64,000 nucleotides of DNA from the human T2T-CHM13v2.0 reference genome, Homo sapiens: the NCBI RefSeq assembly GCF_009914755.1, contig NC_060937.1. One strand, 5' to 3'. The notes under the pieces were generated by a model. The model was not told the DNA's origin, ran no database searches, and saw only the letters and a program-made list of their open reading frames with translations. Position numbers and translations under genes: made by a program. Positions 13,066 to 27,595 of the stretch are shown here, in pieces. Position 1 is the stretch's first letter; each line of letters opens with the position of its first letter.

Positions 13066-16000
13066 GTGAGGGCAAGGGTAAAAAGAGGGGACCACTGCCC
13101 CTCTAGGGGTGACTTTCCCCACACCTTCAACACTTTTGTAAATTATCTCATCTTCTAACAATTTTACAAAACAATAGAAACAAAATAGTTGGTGGACTAC
13201 TCAAAGCTGATATTTGTGGCTTATTAGAAGAGTATTGGATCAATTCTTCTGTATCTTTACAGACCTTTTAAATCTAGAAAACAGGACTCACACCACTCAC
13301 TGTTAGTAATTCTTTGATTTTTAAAATATTTTACCCTTATTGCTATTTATCGAGGACATTATTGGCAGATATACACATTACCCATATGTGCAATATTTAC
13401 CTATCTATGCAATATCTATCTATGCAAAGCATATATATACATACATATACATAAATATATATATGTATATGTTTTATAAGTTAGTAAATCTTCATTTTGT
13501 AGCAGAAATACATGATATTCTCATAATAGACAGCGAGGTAATTGGGGAAATCCTCAAGTACTGCAACTATCCAATTATAAAGCACTTTGAGAATAGGAAT
13601 CATATCTACTTCATTTTTATATTCCTCCATCTGTAGAAAAACTCTCTGTACAAGAGCTACTTTCAAAACAGCTATGAAAATCTTTGCATTAATTTGCTAA
13701 TAAAATCTGGTAACGATAATGAGAAGGACTCAAATTTGTATTGAATGCCTACCAAGTTCACCAGGACTCTCCTTTTTCCAAAAACTATCTCCAATCCATA
13801 GGTATACTCTAGCCCACACTACACTGCCAAGTCGTGTTTTGGCAAAATATGATTCTGGCCCCTCTTTATAATTAATTGGGCCAGGAGTGAGTACCTGAGG
13901 GTCAAATAAGTCTCTCTGTCTCATATTTAGAGTTAAGACCAAAGGAAGACCTATAACATGGAAGATCATGATCCATCTGCACTCTTGGTGAGAGAAGCAA
14001 AGAAGTTATCTTAGAAAGAAAATAATTGAAGCTACTATCATGTAGTAGATGTGCACGGGTCGTGAGTAGTTTGACTTTACAATTTTCTCTTTCTAGAAAC
14101 TTAAGAGGTGTTGACTTACTCCAAGAGAATTTTTGTATCCTTATATGGAATTATTACTTTCTACCTAAACTAGCTCTGGCTGATTTCTGCTACTTAATAA
14201 ACATAACTTTTCATTCTTCTGATAAGGCATTTAAACATTACTAGACCCAGCAATATTGGTTTAATGACAGATATGGTACACAGGATTAAATCAAACTTTA
14301 CTAAAAGCCAAATAGATTTGATTTAGTACTCCTTTTTAAGAGGCAATTTCAATGCATGAATAGTCAATTAATTATAATGCTTGCACTGATTATTTATAAA
14401 GACATTTGGTTATTATCCAATACTCTGCCCTTGTCTTTCTGTAGACTGTTTTTTCAAAAATAAATATTATGACCGTATAAGAAGCACTTAAAATATTATG
14501 TATTTCTATGCAATTGTTATCCTATTACATTTAGGTAAGAAAAAAAAAAGAAACACCAAACGTTAATTTATAATAGTGTGTTATAAGTGGATTTCAAGTG
14601 AAGACTGGAATAATACATCAAGGGTTTTTTATTAGTTCATGAAATCTTCAGTTTAGTGAGGTTTAAATAAGGACATGAAAATATTTATAATTGTAACTGA
14701 GTTATAAACAAATAAATGGTCTACTAGAAATCAGGAGTCTAACTGGAATTATTGACTCTCCATGGAGAGTCAGGCTGCACACATTTTGTTCTGTAGTTAC
14801 AGGGTTGTAAGCAGTTTCTGTATAGGTTTTTGTCTAGACTTATAAAAACTTTCAATAAAGCTGTGGAGACATACACCAATTGCTTTCTGTCTCATGGAAA
14901 AAGTTGTAGAACCGAAGTCATGCTACTTGCTATAAAGTGGTTTCTGAGTTTGTAGCCTTTCTTTTGTGCTTAATCTGAATCAAAGAAAGAAAACCAGGAG
15001 CTATGACTATTAATGACACAGTGAGAGAGTTGTCTAGAAAACTTGTGTTGAGCAAGATTTTTATCAACTATGAAAGTAAGTGAAGTAATTGGTTCATAAT
15101 AAGAAACATCATTGTGGAACAGACAATCTAGCATTCATTCATTTTGTGGTACTACTTTCATAACTAGGAAAAGTTAAATTTTAATTGCAGTAAAATATTG
15201 AAAACATGACGAAGAGTTTGTCAGTCAACTTAAGAGGTCTATTCTCTATAATTTTATTATTGTAACTTTCTTCATGATGCATTTTAAACTAACATATTCT
15301 TGGAGTTAAGATAAAACCTGTACGATTGAAACATTCAAAGTAAAAGTAAGTTACAGACACAGGAAAGTTATTTCCATATCTTAGAAGAGCTTTCATTTTA
15401 CCTGTTGCCCTTATGTCTTTATTTTGTTGGGATACTTACAGTAGTTATAAAATGCTTGAGCCTTACTAGTTACTGGGATTGGTTAATTTGCCATTTAAAA
15501 AAATGCTCAGATCAATGGAAATCAGAGTTCAGAAGAGTTGGCTTTGCTTCCTCTTTGATCCCTAATCCCACAATGTTGGCAGTGAAGACATAACAGAGTT
15601 TACAGAAGAACTTAAACAGGCCTGTGTATGAGGAATGAAAACATAAGGATTTGTTTCAAAGAAGGGAAGATCTCAACCAGAAGTCTGTGAATGTTTATGA
15701 AGAATTTTCAGATTAAGAACATAGGCAGGTAAAGAATTAGAAAATACAAATTTAAAATTAGGAAAGTAAAAATAGCACAGCATGCAATATAAAATTACTA
15801 AAATGGAATTTGTCACCAAATTCTGGATCAGGGTAAGAATTTTTAGATGGATAGCAGTAGAGATGAGAATGGAACATCTTAATCCAGATCAGTTTCCTAA
15901 ACAAGCTCTTAAGGACAAATAAGCAGGAGAAATTATTAAAATCACAACAATGTGTGGGCCAATTATAACTGTCTGGTAAGCTGGCCTCAGTCGAATCCTT

Positions 16001-17419
16001 TCTGTTGATCTGACTTGGAAGGTGCAAATAAATTTGCAGGGCAACCCCTGACAACCAACTTTGCATCTTATATAAATGACTTATTTTCTCCTTTGCCCTC
16101 CTTTGCACAAGGTATGGAAAAAATATAAATGTAAATATATATATATATTAAACATAGCTAAAATGCATTAAAATTAAAAAAATATATTTCTTGAGTGCCT
16201 AATGTGTGTAAGGCTTTATATTAGATGTTAGATAAGATTCAAGGAAATCTACTGTGTTCAACAATATAGACTCCAGAGGATGAACCAGACATTTAAACAA
16301 ACACTATCACAGACTTGATCAGTACAGACAGCAAGAAAGCCATCAATGAGAAAATTCAAGAAACTAGTCTTAAGTTTCAAATAAGAAAACGAGAATTCCA
16401 TGGAGAAGAGCTTTTTCTTAATGTCACTATAATAGTGTGGCCATGACAGTTCTATTGACAAGGTTTCTGAGTTTGTCACCGGCTGTCAACCTCAGATTAT
16501 ATTTACGAAGTCAATTAAGTTCTATTAGAAAATTCAATCTATCTTAACCATTTATTAAAATGCCTGAAGTATTAGGTAATCAATCATTTCCAATCAAATG
16601 GATACTACCTTTGTGTTGTATAGACTTAACAAAGCTACTACTGGCAGTAATTTGATAACAACTGATTACAAAATAAACAAGGATTTTTTCCCTTTATAAA
16701 TTTTTGACATTTTTATTTCTGTGGCTCAGAAAATATTAATCAATAAAAACTTTTTACATGATGTGGACTATTGAAAACTTGATTCAAAATTATAATACTA
16801 AAATTATTAAGGTCAAAATTATTGACTTATTTAGCAAAGTTCATATGCTGTAAAGGAGTAATCAATTTTTATATCATTATCCCCTATAAGAATTTACATT
16901 CTTATATCATTAAGTAACTAATTCAAATAATAGTTTTTCTGCTTTTTGTACACAATATTTTTCAAATATGAGAAACACAACAGAAAGATTGTTATAAAAT
17001 ACAAACATCACCTTATATAGATAAGCATAAAGTTAAGTAAATTGTTATTATGCTTATAGCACTGACATAACTAAAAAATGAAAAATAAAACATTTATAAA
17101 AACAAAAGACAACATTAATTTGTTGACTGATGATGATGGTATGCTTTGTATAAATTACAGTGTAGAGCTGAATATAATGCTGACTGTTCCTGTGTGGATA
17201 TTTTGAATCTGACATACCTAAAATAGCATGTAATTTGTAGTGAGTAAATTCTTATACAGCTTTTCTCTCTTCAAATTTCTTTTGAATTTGTGAAACATAC
17301 TATGGCACTATAATGCCATTCAGATATTACTTAGAAAAACATCTAAGTTATCTGGTAAGTTCTTATCTGTTCTTCTATTGTTAGTATAAATACTGGCCAA
17401 AGCAAACGTGTGCATTAAA

Positions 17420-17660
17420 TTCCCATGAAAGTGAGGTTAAGGGGATAGAAAATGACAGAAAAGGAAGCTTTAAAGGAGAGACCAGTGTGACAGGTAGACC
17501 AGAATCCTGAGAGAATGATGTTTCAGAGGTCAAAGCTGTTTTAAGAAGGGAATGAACAATAACATCAAACGTGACTGAGAAGTCACATAAGAGAAGGCAT
17601 GAGAACTGACCACTGCATTTGTAATAGGGAGGTCATATGGCAAACTCACAGAAATTCTAA
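17420..17660 (-). mobile_element. L2 fragment
   Basis: accagaatcctgagagaatg...gagaactgaccactgcatttg...ggaggtcat. Confidence 0.55.
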
Positions 17661-17678
17661 TCAGGTGTTTTGACCTAA

Positions 17679-18359
<681 letters not shown>

Positions 18360-19425
18360 TAATTTGTCCATCCTTTGTATGTGTGGTTGTGGTAATGGTC
18401 ATTTGATGGATTCCATCAAATGCTTAAGATGGTTTTGTGTTTTTAAGGTCTAACATGAATTGGAATACTTGCATGCAGAATCACCTTTCAACACTGACCT
18501 GGCAGTTCTTACACAGCTGGTTCTTGAAGTCTTAAACTGGGGGGGGAACATCATTTTTGTTTTTCAGTAAGTCTAGCATTAAGCAATTGTGTCCATGATG
18601 AATCTTACCTGCCTTCTAAGGAGGGACTCTATCTAGCAGCTAGTTTCCTATTGAACAAGACTCTTTAAAAACCAAATATCAAAAAGTAAGCTAAACTGGC
18701 TACATTTTAAAAGTCCAAGGTTGCTAAAGCAATGCTTATCACTGCTGCTAACATGTTTATTGTGGGGGATCTTGGGAATGATAGTTGGTTCAACAGTATT
18801 TTACTTCTAAAACTATATGTTGCTTCTTAGTCAAATGTTTCCTATTAAAAAGAAAAACAGTGATGCTACTATTTTAAAAAAGTTTGGAGGAAGAAGGGAA
18901 GGGAAAACTCTAGCCACACATGTGAAACTGTGTATGTAACACACAAAACACACAGTGTAGAATTTTAAAAAGTTTTTACATATATTATCCCATTTTATCT
19001 TCATCATAGTCCTTTACTATAGATATCTGTATGATTTTTTAATATGGAAAGTGAGGCAAGCATTTATTAAGTTTGTAGGATCTTCCAGGCCTTCAATGGC
19101 AAGCACAGTTTAAAGCAGATGCAGATAAAAGGTCACACTCAGACGTTAAACAAATTATATGGAAGTTCAGTGGCAAAGAGATGCAGATATTTACTACAGA
19201 TGGATAGCTGTTCAAGACAAAGCAGAGCCTTTGCCCAAGTCCTTTACTGTTTTTATGTATGCTGCACATGATGACAAGCTGTATGAATAAAATGGCTCCA
19301 AGAAGAAGCTAATCAAATATGCAATTATGTAATTTTTAAATTAATTTCATAGTTAATAGTTGAGGGCCTCTTTTGTGGTAGTAGGCACAGTGCTATGATC
19401 TTCACTACTCATTTAAAAGCATATA

Positions 19426-19999
19426 CAGTGTTGCTTAACCAAGGGAATAAGTTCTGAGAAATGCACCATCAGGCGATTCTGTTATGTGAACATCACAGAA
19501 TATATTTACACAAACCTGGTTGGTATGGCCTACCACACATCTAGGCTATAAAGTATATATAGCCTGTTACTCCTAGACTGGAAACCTGTAGTGCCTGTTA
19601 CTGTGCTGAATCCTGTAAGTGACTGTAACACAGTGGCAAGTATTTGGGTACTAAACATAGACAAGATACAGTAAAAATACAGTATAATAGATTAAAAACT
19701 GGTACACCTTTGTATGTACACTGAACTACAAAAGGAGCTTGCAGGACAGGCAGTTTTTCTGGGTGAGTCCATGAGTGACTGGTGAGTGGTGAAGGCCTAG
19801 GACATTACTGTGCACTACTGTAGACTTTCAAAACACTGTATACTTAGGCTACACTAAATTTATACAAAAATATTTTTCTTTCTTCAATAATAAATTGTCT
19901 TTAGCTTACAGTAACTTTTCAATTGCGTAAAGTTTTTAATTTTTGAAATCTTTTTGACTCTTGTAATTAAGCTTAAAACACAAACATTATATAGCTGTA
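19426..19999 (+). mobile_element. Tigger3b (TcMar) DNA transposon, 5' half
   Basis: ta|cagt..gcttaac...gttctgagaaatgc terminal region; gtgaaggcctaggacattactgt internal motif; second TIR absent. Confidence 0.88.
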
Positions 20000-21325
20000 T
20001 TTTATAAAAAATAAATTCCAATGTATAGTTTACTTCATAAAATGAAACTATGTTGAGTGACTAAACTATGCAGAGTGAGAAATGCTGAAAGAATAACTCA
20101 AACATATTACCTAATACAGATTAGAAGAATGTTTTATCGATATGTAATATAAATGTGTCTAAGAATGTGACTCAAAAGAGAACTTCCATCCTTCAAAGAT
20201 TGGTTTAAACACCATCTCCACCCAGAAGCCTTTCCTGAGCCCACCTGGATTTAATTTCTTTCTTCCTAGTGATTTATCCTACCTCTGGTATGGCAATGAT
20301 TACTTTTTATCATGCCCCATCTCCCACACCAGACTGTGTCATTTTCTAAAGTACTCTCTACATTATCTAGAACTGTGCTTTATGCAACAGAAGCATTAAG
20401 TACGTCTTTATAATTGAAAAAAATGCATAGAAATTTATTTGGTATGTCCTATTATTGCAAATAAGATGGTAAAAAATTATTGCTAAAATGTTTCTCTTAA
20501 TGCAGAAATACATATTTTTAAGATATTTTGCAAACATTTTTGGTTTTTGTTTCAGCGAGCACAAAATGTGCAATTAATAAATTCTATTTTGTGATTATGG
20601 CATTAATATTTTAGCCAAATATATAATAAATGGTATCAATATAAAATATAGACATACACGGAGCAATTATAAAATATGTCAAAATAAGGCTGGATATAAT
20701 TAATTATTAGAAGCATAGCACTTATTGATGACAAGGTATCCTATGTGGAAAATATATATTAGAATTATTCCCTAGAAGACCTCATAAGTTGACACTTGTC
20801 AGCTTAATGAAATTATAATAGTGAAGGGTATGACTATCAGCTGTATAGATTCTGACATAGGTAACATATGTTTCTTTTTTTTTGAAGTACCATACTATAC
20901 CATAAACTAAGGCCTCAAGAGTGATGTATTATATCAGAATCCAAGGAAATTAATTTGTAATGCTAAATTGCAATTATCTCTATTTTCTTGCATGGGCCCT
21001 TCCAACCTCAATTTCTCTGACTTTTCCCTTAAATAGAAAACGTTGTTATTTTTCTAGGATTGAGGTATTTCATTGGCTAATATTAAAATAAAAAATCAGA
21101 ATCAATCAGAAAGGTGAATCAAATTCATCTTTCCTTCCTATTTATATAGACTTCCTGGCTTCTCATAAAATAGTCCATGACAATAACAATTTTGAGATGA
21201 GCTTAGTGTAGGTTGAAAAATATAAAAAAGAAAACATAATTTTAAATGAATGGATAATAGAGTAAATGGAAATTACTTTTTATTGTACAAACAATTATCT
21301 TTTTTCTCTATTAAGAAATGGAATT

Positions 21326-21641
21326 GGCCGGACGCGGTGGCTCACGCCTGTAATCCCAGCACTTTGGGAGGCCGAGGCGGGCGGATCACGAGGTCAGGAG
21401 ATCGAGACCATCCTGGCTAACACGGTGAAACCCCGTCTCTACTAAAAACACAAAAAATTAGCTGGCAGCGGTGGCGGGCGTCTGTAGTCCCAGCTAGTCC
21501 CAGCTACTCCAAGAGGCTGAGGCAGGAGAATGGCGTGAACCCAGCAGGCGGAGCTTGCAGTGAGCCGAGATAGCGCTACTGCACTCTGGCCTGGGCGAAA
21601 GAGCCAGACTCCGTCTCAAAAAAAAAAAAAAAAAAAAAAAA
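21326..21641 (+). mobile_element. AluY, CpG-rich
   Basis: Y diagnostics (gatcacgaggtcaggagatcgagaccatcctggctaacacgg; ggcgtgaaccc; gagcttgcag); pure poly-A; TSD aagaaat(g/t)gaatt; TT/AAGA endonuclease site. Confidence 0.97.
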
Positions 21642-22034
21642 GAAATTGAATTATTTCTGATGTTTAGTAATGAGTTACATTACTTGCCTTTATGTGGACT
21701 AAATATTGTTATTTTTATGTATATTTAAAAGTGGGAAAAGATTATGTATTTAAAAGTAGGAAAGATTTGCATTGAAAGTTTAGGGTTGATTCTCCTAACA
21801 ATTTTGTACTAATGTTTTAGTGATATATGTATTTTTTTTACCATTAACAACTGTGGTGTCAATTTATTCATGTCAATATTCATTTTAAATAATAAAATTT
21901 CATTTTTGTTTGTAAGTGAAATAAATGAGATAATAAAAATACAAGATTATCACACCAAATTTACCATATCCTTTGTGTTTTTAAATGGTATTTAGTAGTT
22001 GCTTCAATTTTTTCTGTCCCTTTCTGTATTTAAG

Positions 22035-22285
22035 GAATATAGTTTGGGTTCTGGAGCCTGATGGCCCAGGTTCATATTCAGATGCCTCCACTAAATGAAC
22101 TAATGACTTTGATTAAGATACTTAATTTATTAAGATACTTCATCCTATTTTCTTACATGTAGAATAGGGAAATAATAGCACTCAACTCATTGGGTTAACA
22201 TGTCCCAAAGAAGGGTCATGATGGGATGAGGTAAAACCTCTGAGCCATTAGCACAATACCCACCATAATAAATAATAAATGTTAA
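22035..22285 (+). mobile_element. MIR SINE
   Basis: ttctggagcctg...tgactttg...tgtagaatagggaaataatagcac. Confidence 0.65.
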
Positions 22286-22669
22286 AAATTCTCTACTATT
22301 TGTAAGCTAAAAATAATAGAAGCAGAAAAAACTGTCCTATTAAAGTATTCTTTATATAGAGGATAATTTAACAGAGTTTACCTATTTTTCTCTCTCAATG
22401 TGGTAAAAATTTTTGTATATTCTAAGTAAAGCATTTTTATAATTATTGCATTCTTCATTCATTATTTAAATCACATAGAAGCAACTCATAGCCACCTCAT
22501 GCTGTCCAATCTAATATTTCAGAATTTAAAGATTTCGGTAAACTGTTTTAATTTTTAATCATTCTTTTCTTATTTTAAGTTGATTCTCAGTCTATCCTTT
22601 CTTAGGACATAGCAAGCAGAAGTTCTCAGACAGTCACACACTTTCCTATTGTGGTTCCTTATTTTTCTT

Positions 22670-23058
<389 letters not shown>

Positions 23059-23289
23059 TAGATAAAACTATTAGACAATGTCAATGAAATTTAATAAAAA
23101 TGTTTATTTTGGCAAGTTAAAAATCTTTATGAGTACATTGGAGGTCACCCTCACTTGCTTCTATCATTTTTAAAGCTAATCCTTAGAGTCTATAAAAAAA
23201 CTCATTTGTTTCCAGCTTTTATCTATGTCATAACAATATTCTTACCAAAGGCAGTGAGTGATTGCAGTTGAATGGTATGGAGGTATTAA

Positions 23290-23490
23290 TAAGAATAGGT
23301 ACCATTTATTAAGAATTACATGGTAAGCACTTTGCATTGATTAATGAAATTTTCACAACAACCCTAGCTACTTTACAGTTGAAGGAACTGAGATTCAAGG
23401 AGTTTAACCTGCAGTCACACAGCTGGGAAGTGACTGAGCAGGGGCCTAGACACAGCTTTAACTGACTCAAGATTTCTTTACTAATTAACT
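23290..23490 (-). mobile_element. MIR SINE
   Basis: tcacaacaaccct...tttacagttgaaggaactgagattca...gtcacacagctgggaagtg. Confidence 0.7.
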
Positions 23491-23591
23491 AAACCAGTGA
23501 TTCTCAAATTTGGAAAATTTTGTTCCTTAAACAAGGAGTAAAATTATTGTTTCTGTGAAACAGAAACCTTCCCATTTTTGCAGTGTTATTT

Positions 23592-24458
23592 AGGACACTG
23601 GTCTATATATATATATATGTGTGTCACTGGAAATCATTTCCAGTGTCCAAGTTATCAGGACTGTATCATGATGTAAAGGAAATTTTGTTCCAACTTGGTC
23701 TAGTTTCCTCCAATTTAAGGTAGTGACACTTGTAGCAATTTGCCCTTCCTCAATCATTAGAAAAGGGGAAGAAGGAAAGAAAAGGTAGGAAAGGTAAGGA
23801 GGTGAAAATGTAAAATGAAATAAAATAAAGCCCGAATATATCCTGCCCCCTCCCCACCCACCCATTCACTGTCTTCCTTTTTCCATCTATTTTCAGTAAG
23901 ATATGGTGGTATATTTACATAACTATATTTAGATGCAGAATTTCTCCTGTATAAATTTTCCCTGGTGAAGGTTAATGCATGACTTGTTTTCGTAGAGTAA
24001 AAGAACTGTGGTTGCAAATTTGTAAGGGTAGGTTGATAGTTTAAAAAATGAGCACAATATGCTATGTTCTTAGGCAACAAATTCATTCCAGCCTTCACTG
24101 AATGTGAGCACAAGAATTGCCACATTTATAGGAATAATCCCCAAACTAAAGACTCTATGTCTGTAAATAAATAAGTCCTTTTTTAAGGTAAGCAGAGACT
24201 CAGCAGGTACTCTTGAGGATCTGCAGCATGAGGAAATGCATGGATATTGAGCTGTGTATATGTGTCATTGAAAATCATTACCAATGTGTAAGTTAAGAGA
24301 TCAGGACTATATCATGATTGTAAATAAAGTTTTGTCCCAACTTAGCCTAGGTTCTGCTAATTGAAGTCTAGTGGCACTTGTAGCAATTTCCATCCATCAA
24401 ATATTACAATAGAGAAGCAAAAAATGTATGAAGGATGGAGAGGAAGGTGGAGATGTAT
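23592..24458 (+). repeat. Diverged ~220-bp direct duplication (about 23592-23812 and 24241-24458)
   Basis: Shared blocks tgtgtca.tg.aaatcatt, atcaggact.tatcatgat, ttttgt.ccaactt, cacttgtagcaattt. Confidence 0.85.
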
Positions 24459-25701
24459 TGTAACATTCCATTAACAATTGATTTGACTGGTTATGCTATT
24501 TTATAGGTACATGTAAATAATCTGTTTATAGAATGTGAGAGCCATTACTTTGAGGGTCCAGGCAAGGTCATCTTTCTCCAGATTGGAAGAGCATCAAATA
24601 TTTGTAGAGTTCCTCAGCTCTTTGGTGCCCTCATCACCTCTTGTTCCATTGTCTTTTGTCAGTCAGTCTGCTAGTGTCTGGTCCTCAGCAGCTTCATGTT
24701 ACAATCTGGGACATTCATAAGAGAAGATACAGGCATTGTGGAGAGGGTTAGGGGTTGGAGAAAATTTGAGAAGACAAAATTTGGGAGTCAGATTTGGCAA
24801 TGTCCAGAACATAGCTAAATATACATAAGTGTTTTGGATTTCATTATTGTATTTATTTACATTTGTTTTTTTTTCCCAACACTGCTAGTCTCTACTGTGA
24901 CAACTTCCAGATGACATCTTCTGACTGAGAGTTTGTAGCCTATGCACACACAGGCAAATAGGTAGAATCTAAAGTCACATTGTTTATTAATGACTTAATC
25001 TTTGAAAAACAAGTGCTATTAACTAAAGAGGATTTTTTTTTTTGGGAGATGCTACAAGTGGAATGCTGAATCTGATACTCTGACAGGAGACACTTAGTCT
25101 TCCACAGTGACCCATTTTGAGTTTTATATGCATTCCTTGAATTGTGAAATTAAAAAAAAGTTATGTACTTGTTTCAAACTATTCATATTTTAGTTGAGAA
25201 TTGTGTTGTAATATTCTGTTAACAATTTATTTAACTGGTTATATTATTTCATATATACAAGTAAAAGTTACATAAACTATGATTTTACATATTGTATGTG
25301 TATATGAGGAGGAATAGGTTTTTAGAAGATTAAAATACTGTTTAGAATTCTGCTAAAGTAGAAGAGGTTTCTGTCTTATGTAAATTAAGAGGCTTAAAGC
25401 TGAGTACATACTGAAAAGACTTATTTGACTTGTGCAACCAAATATTGGAGTATGTTATCTATATGGTTAAGGAGTGAACTGAAATATAAAGTTTAACTTA
25501 TAACTTGAAATTTTTTCATCCGTGATACTGAAATTAAGTAGGGTAAATTAGATCAGCTAAGTATTATTCTACTGTATCTCTATGTCATAAAGATGTGCAC
25601 ACATCTATGTTGAAGACCTATTGTATTTTGTAGAAACTGCTATTAAAATAAAATCTTAATACGCTGTAATGTAAGCCACCCTGGTTTACATTTACATTTT
25701 T

Positions 25702-26025
25702 TTAAATTATACTTTAAGTTCTAGGGTACGTGTGCACAACGTGCAGATTTGTTACATATGTATACATGTGCCATGTTGGTGTGCTGCACCCATTAATTCA
25801 TCATTTACATTAGGTATATTTCCTAATGCTATCCTTCCCCCCTCCCCCACCCCACAACAGGCCCTAGTGTGTGATGTTCCCCTTCCTGTGTCCAAGTGTT
25901 CTCACTGTTCAATTCCCACCTATGAGTGAGAACATGCGATGTTTGGTTTTTTGTCCTTGCGATAGTTTGCTGAGAATGATGGTTTCCAGCTTCATCCATG
26001 TCCCTGCAAAGGACATGAACTCATA
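25702..26025 (-). mobile_element. L1PA (PA4/5-like) 5'-truncated 3' end
   Basis: ttatactttaagttctagggtac...; TSD tacatttacattttt (25687-25701 / 26026-26040). Confidence 0.95.
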
Positions 26026-26349
26026 TACATTTACATTTTTATTTTCCTACTTCCAGTCTCCCATTCTCCATTCATTTAAACACTTGGAGAAAAACAGAGA
26101 AATGCAAGATTTTTGTTCAGCCATTATAGCCCAGATGCATTACGTGTATTAATATTACCTAAATAAATTCTCAAAGCAACTCTGATACAAAAGCAACCTG
26201 AATTTTTCAGGTGAGGAAATTGAGGCACAAGAAGAATGAGAAACATGCTCCTTCATATCATTAATGAGTTTACGATTTGGAAATAGGAATCAGCTTCATG
26301 TGACTCCAATAATGGTGATATCTTCTACTGATACAATCTTATTTTAAAA

Positions 26350-26885
26350 TCTCTGATAAAAATTTATTTCCTTGATTTAAAAATCTGATGACTCTTAACT
26401 CCTTATTGTTATAAAGTTAAAAATTCTTAGCATGACATTTAATATCCTCCTTAATCCAGCTCCCTCTGTATTTCTCGAGTTGTCTCACTACTTTTCTTCT
26501 CTTGTCTTTTATCTATTCAATATGGACTATTTTCCTAAACAAGACTAGTTGTACCCCCCTTTAACAATCTGTGCTGTTCATTCCCACTGAAATTATTTTC
26601 TCTTCCTTTATACATATTTCTTGATATTTTATATCAATCAAGTCCTAGGATCAATGCCACCTCCTCCATGAAGCCTTTCCTCATCTCTCTTAGCCAAGCC
26701 AACTATTGCTGCATCTCTTGTTTGAAACTTATGCAATCTGATCCTATGCTATAGTTATTTGTGCATCTGTCTTAACTCCTTTATCAAATTCTTGGAAAAA
26801 AAGAAACTCATATTTTCCACAGTGCTTCATGTAGCTCTTGATACACAGTAGATGTTCAATAATTATCTCCAATGAATGAATGAAA
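26350..26885 (+). mobile_element. L2 3' end
   Basis: cacctcctccatgaagcctttcc; terminal cagtagatgttcaataa...aatgaatgaatgaa. Confidence 0.7.
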
Positions 26886-27427
26886 GTGATTGACAAATGA
26901 AGAGAAACTTTAGATTTTGTGCTGTGTTAGTGGGGTTCTTTTTTTGTTGGTTCTCATAGAAATTTTCAGAACTGCTAAAATGAGAGTTGCTCACATTAGA
27001 ATCTCCAAATGTGATTCTCAGGATAGGTCTGGAATAGTAATAGGTAAAACAACCCACTTGTACACGCATGGAAACATTCCAAAATGTCACAGATCCTGGA
27101 TTTAAAAACAATGACGATTACATTAATATGGAAAACACATGCCGTAATTAAGGATGTATATGCATGTGTGCATGCACTATCTTAGACTTTTTTATTGGAT
27201 TGACATAGCTACTTACCAAAGAATAGAACCATTTGTGACACAGAATGTTAGGATAATTTGTCAGTAACACATGCATTGCTACAAGTTATAACAGTAAAAA
27301 AAATATTATAAATTAAGGCACCCATGGGTCATTCAACTCGGCTGGCAATACACCTGAACAAAAAAGGAGTGCTGGACTTAATCTCCAAGTCTGTCATTTA
27401 TTTCTTTCGCACAAAAAGTATGGGACA

Positions 27428-27595
27428 CAGGTGGTCAGAAGTCAAAGATCATACTCTGCTTGAACGCTCCATAAGGCACAGTGCAAATGTATGAGACCTG
27501 CTGGGTGAAATCAAAAAGTCACTGGAATGGGGTGCAATTTTAGTGACCCAGGTCAAAGGTCATACTGCTTTTGGTGTTATACAAATGTTTGACAG
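27428..27595 (+). promoter_or_regulatory. Candidate enhancer with perfect nuclear-receptor DR1
   Basis: AGGTCA-A-AGGTCA at 27550-27562; DR1-like chain at 27432-27451; FOX-type TGTTTGAC at 27586-27593; no repeat recognised. Confidence 0.5.

Noticed and set aside
14445-14534. Plus-strand exon-like segment (ctttctgtag ... TAG|gtaaga)
   Set aside because: Stops in all three frames and no supported partner exons; indistinguishable from a pseudo-exon
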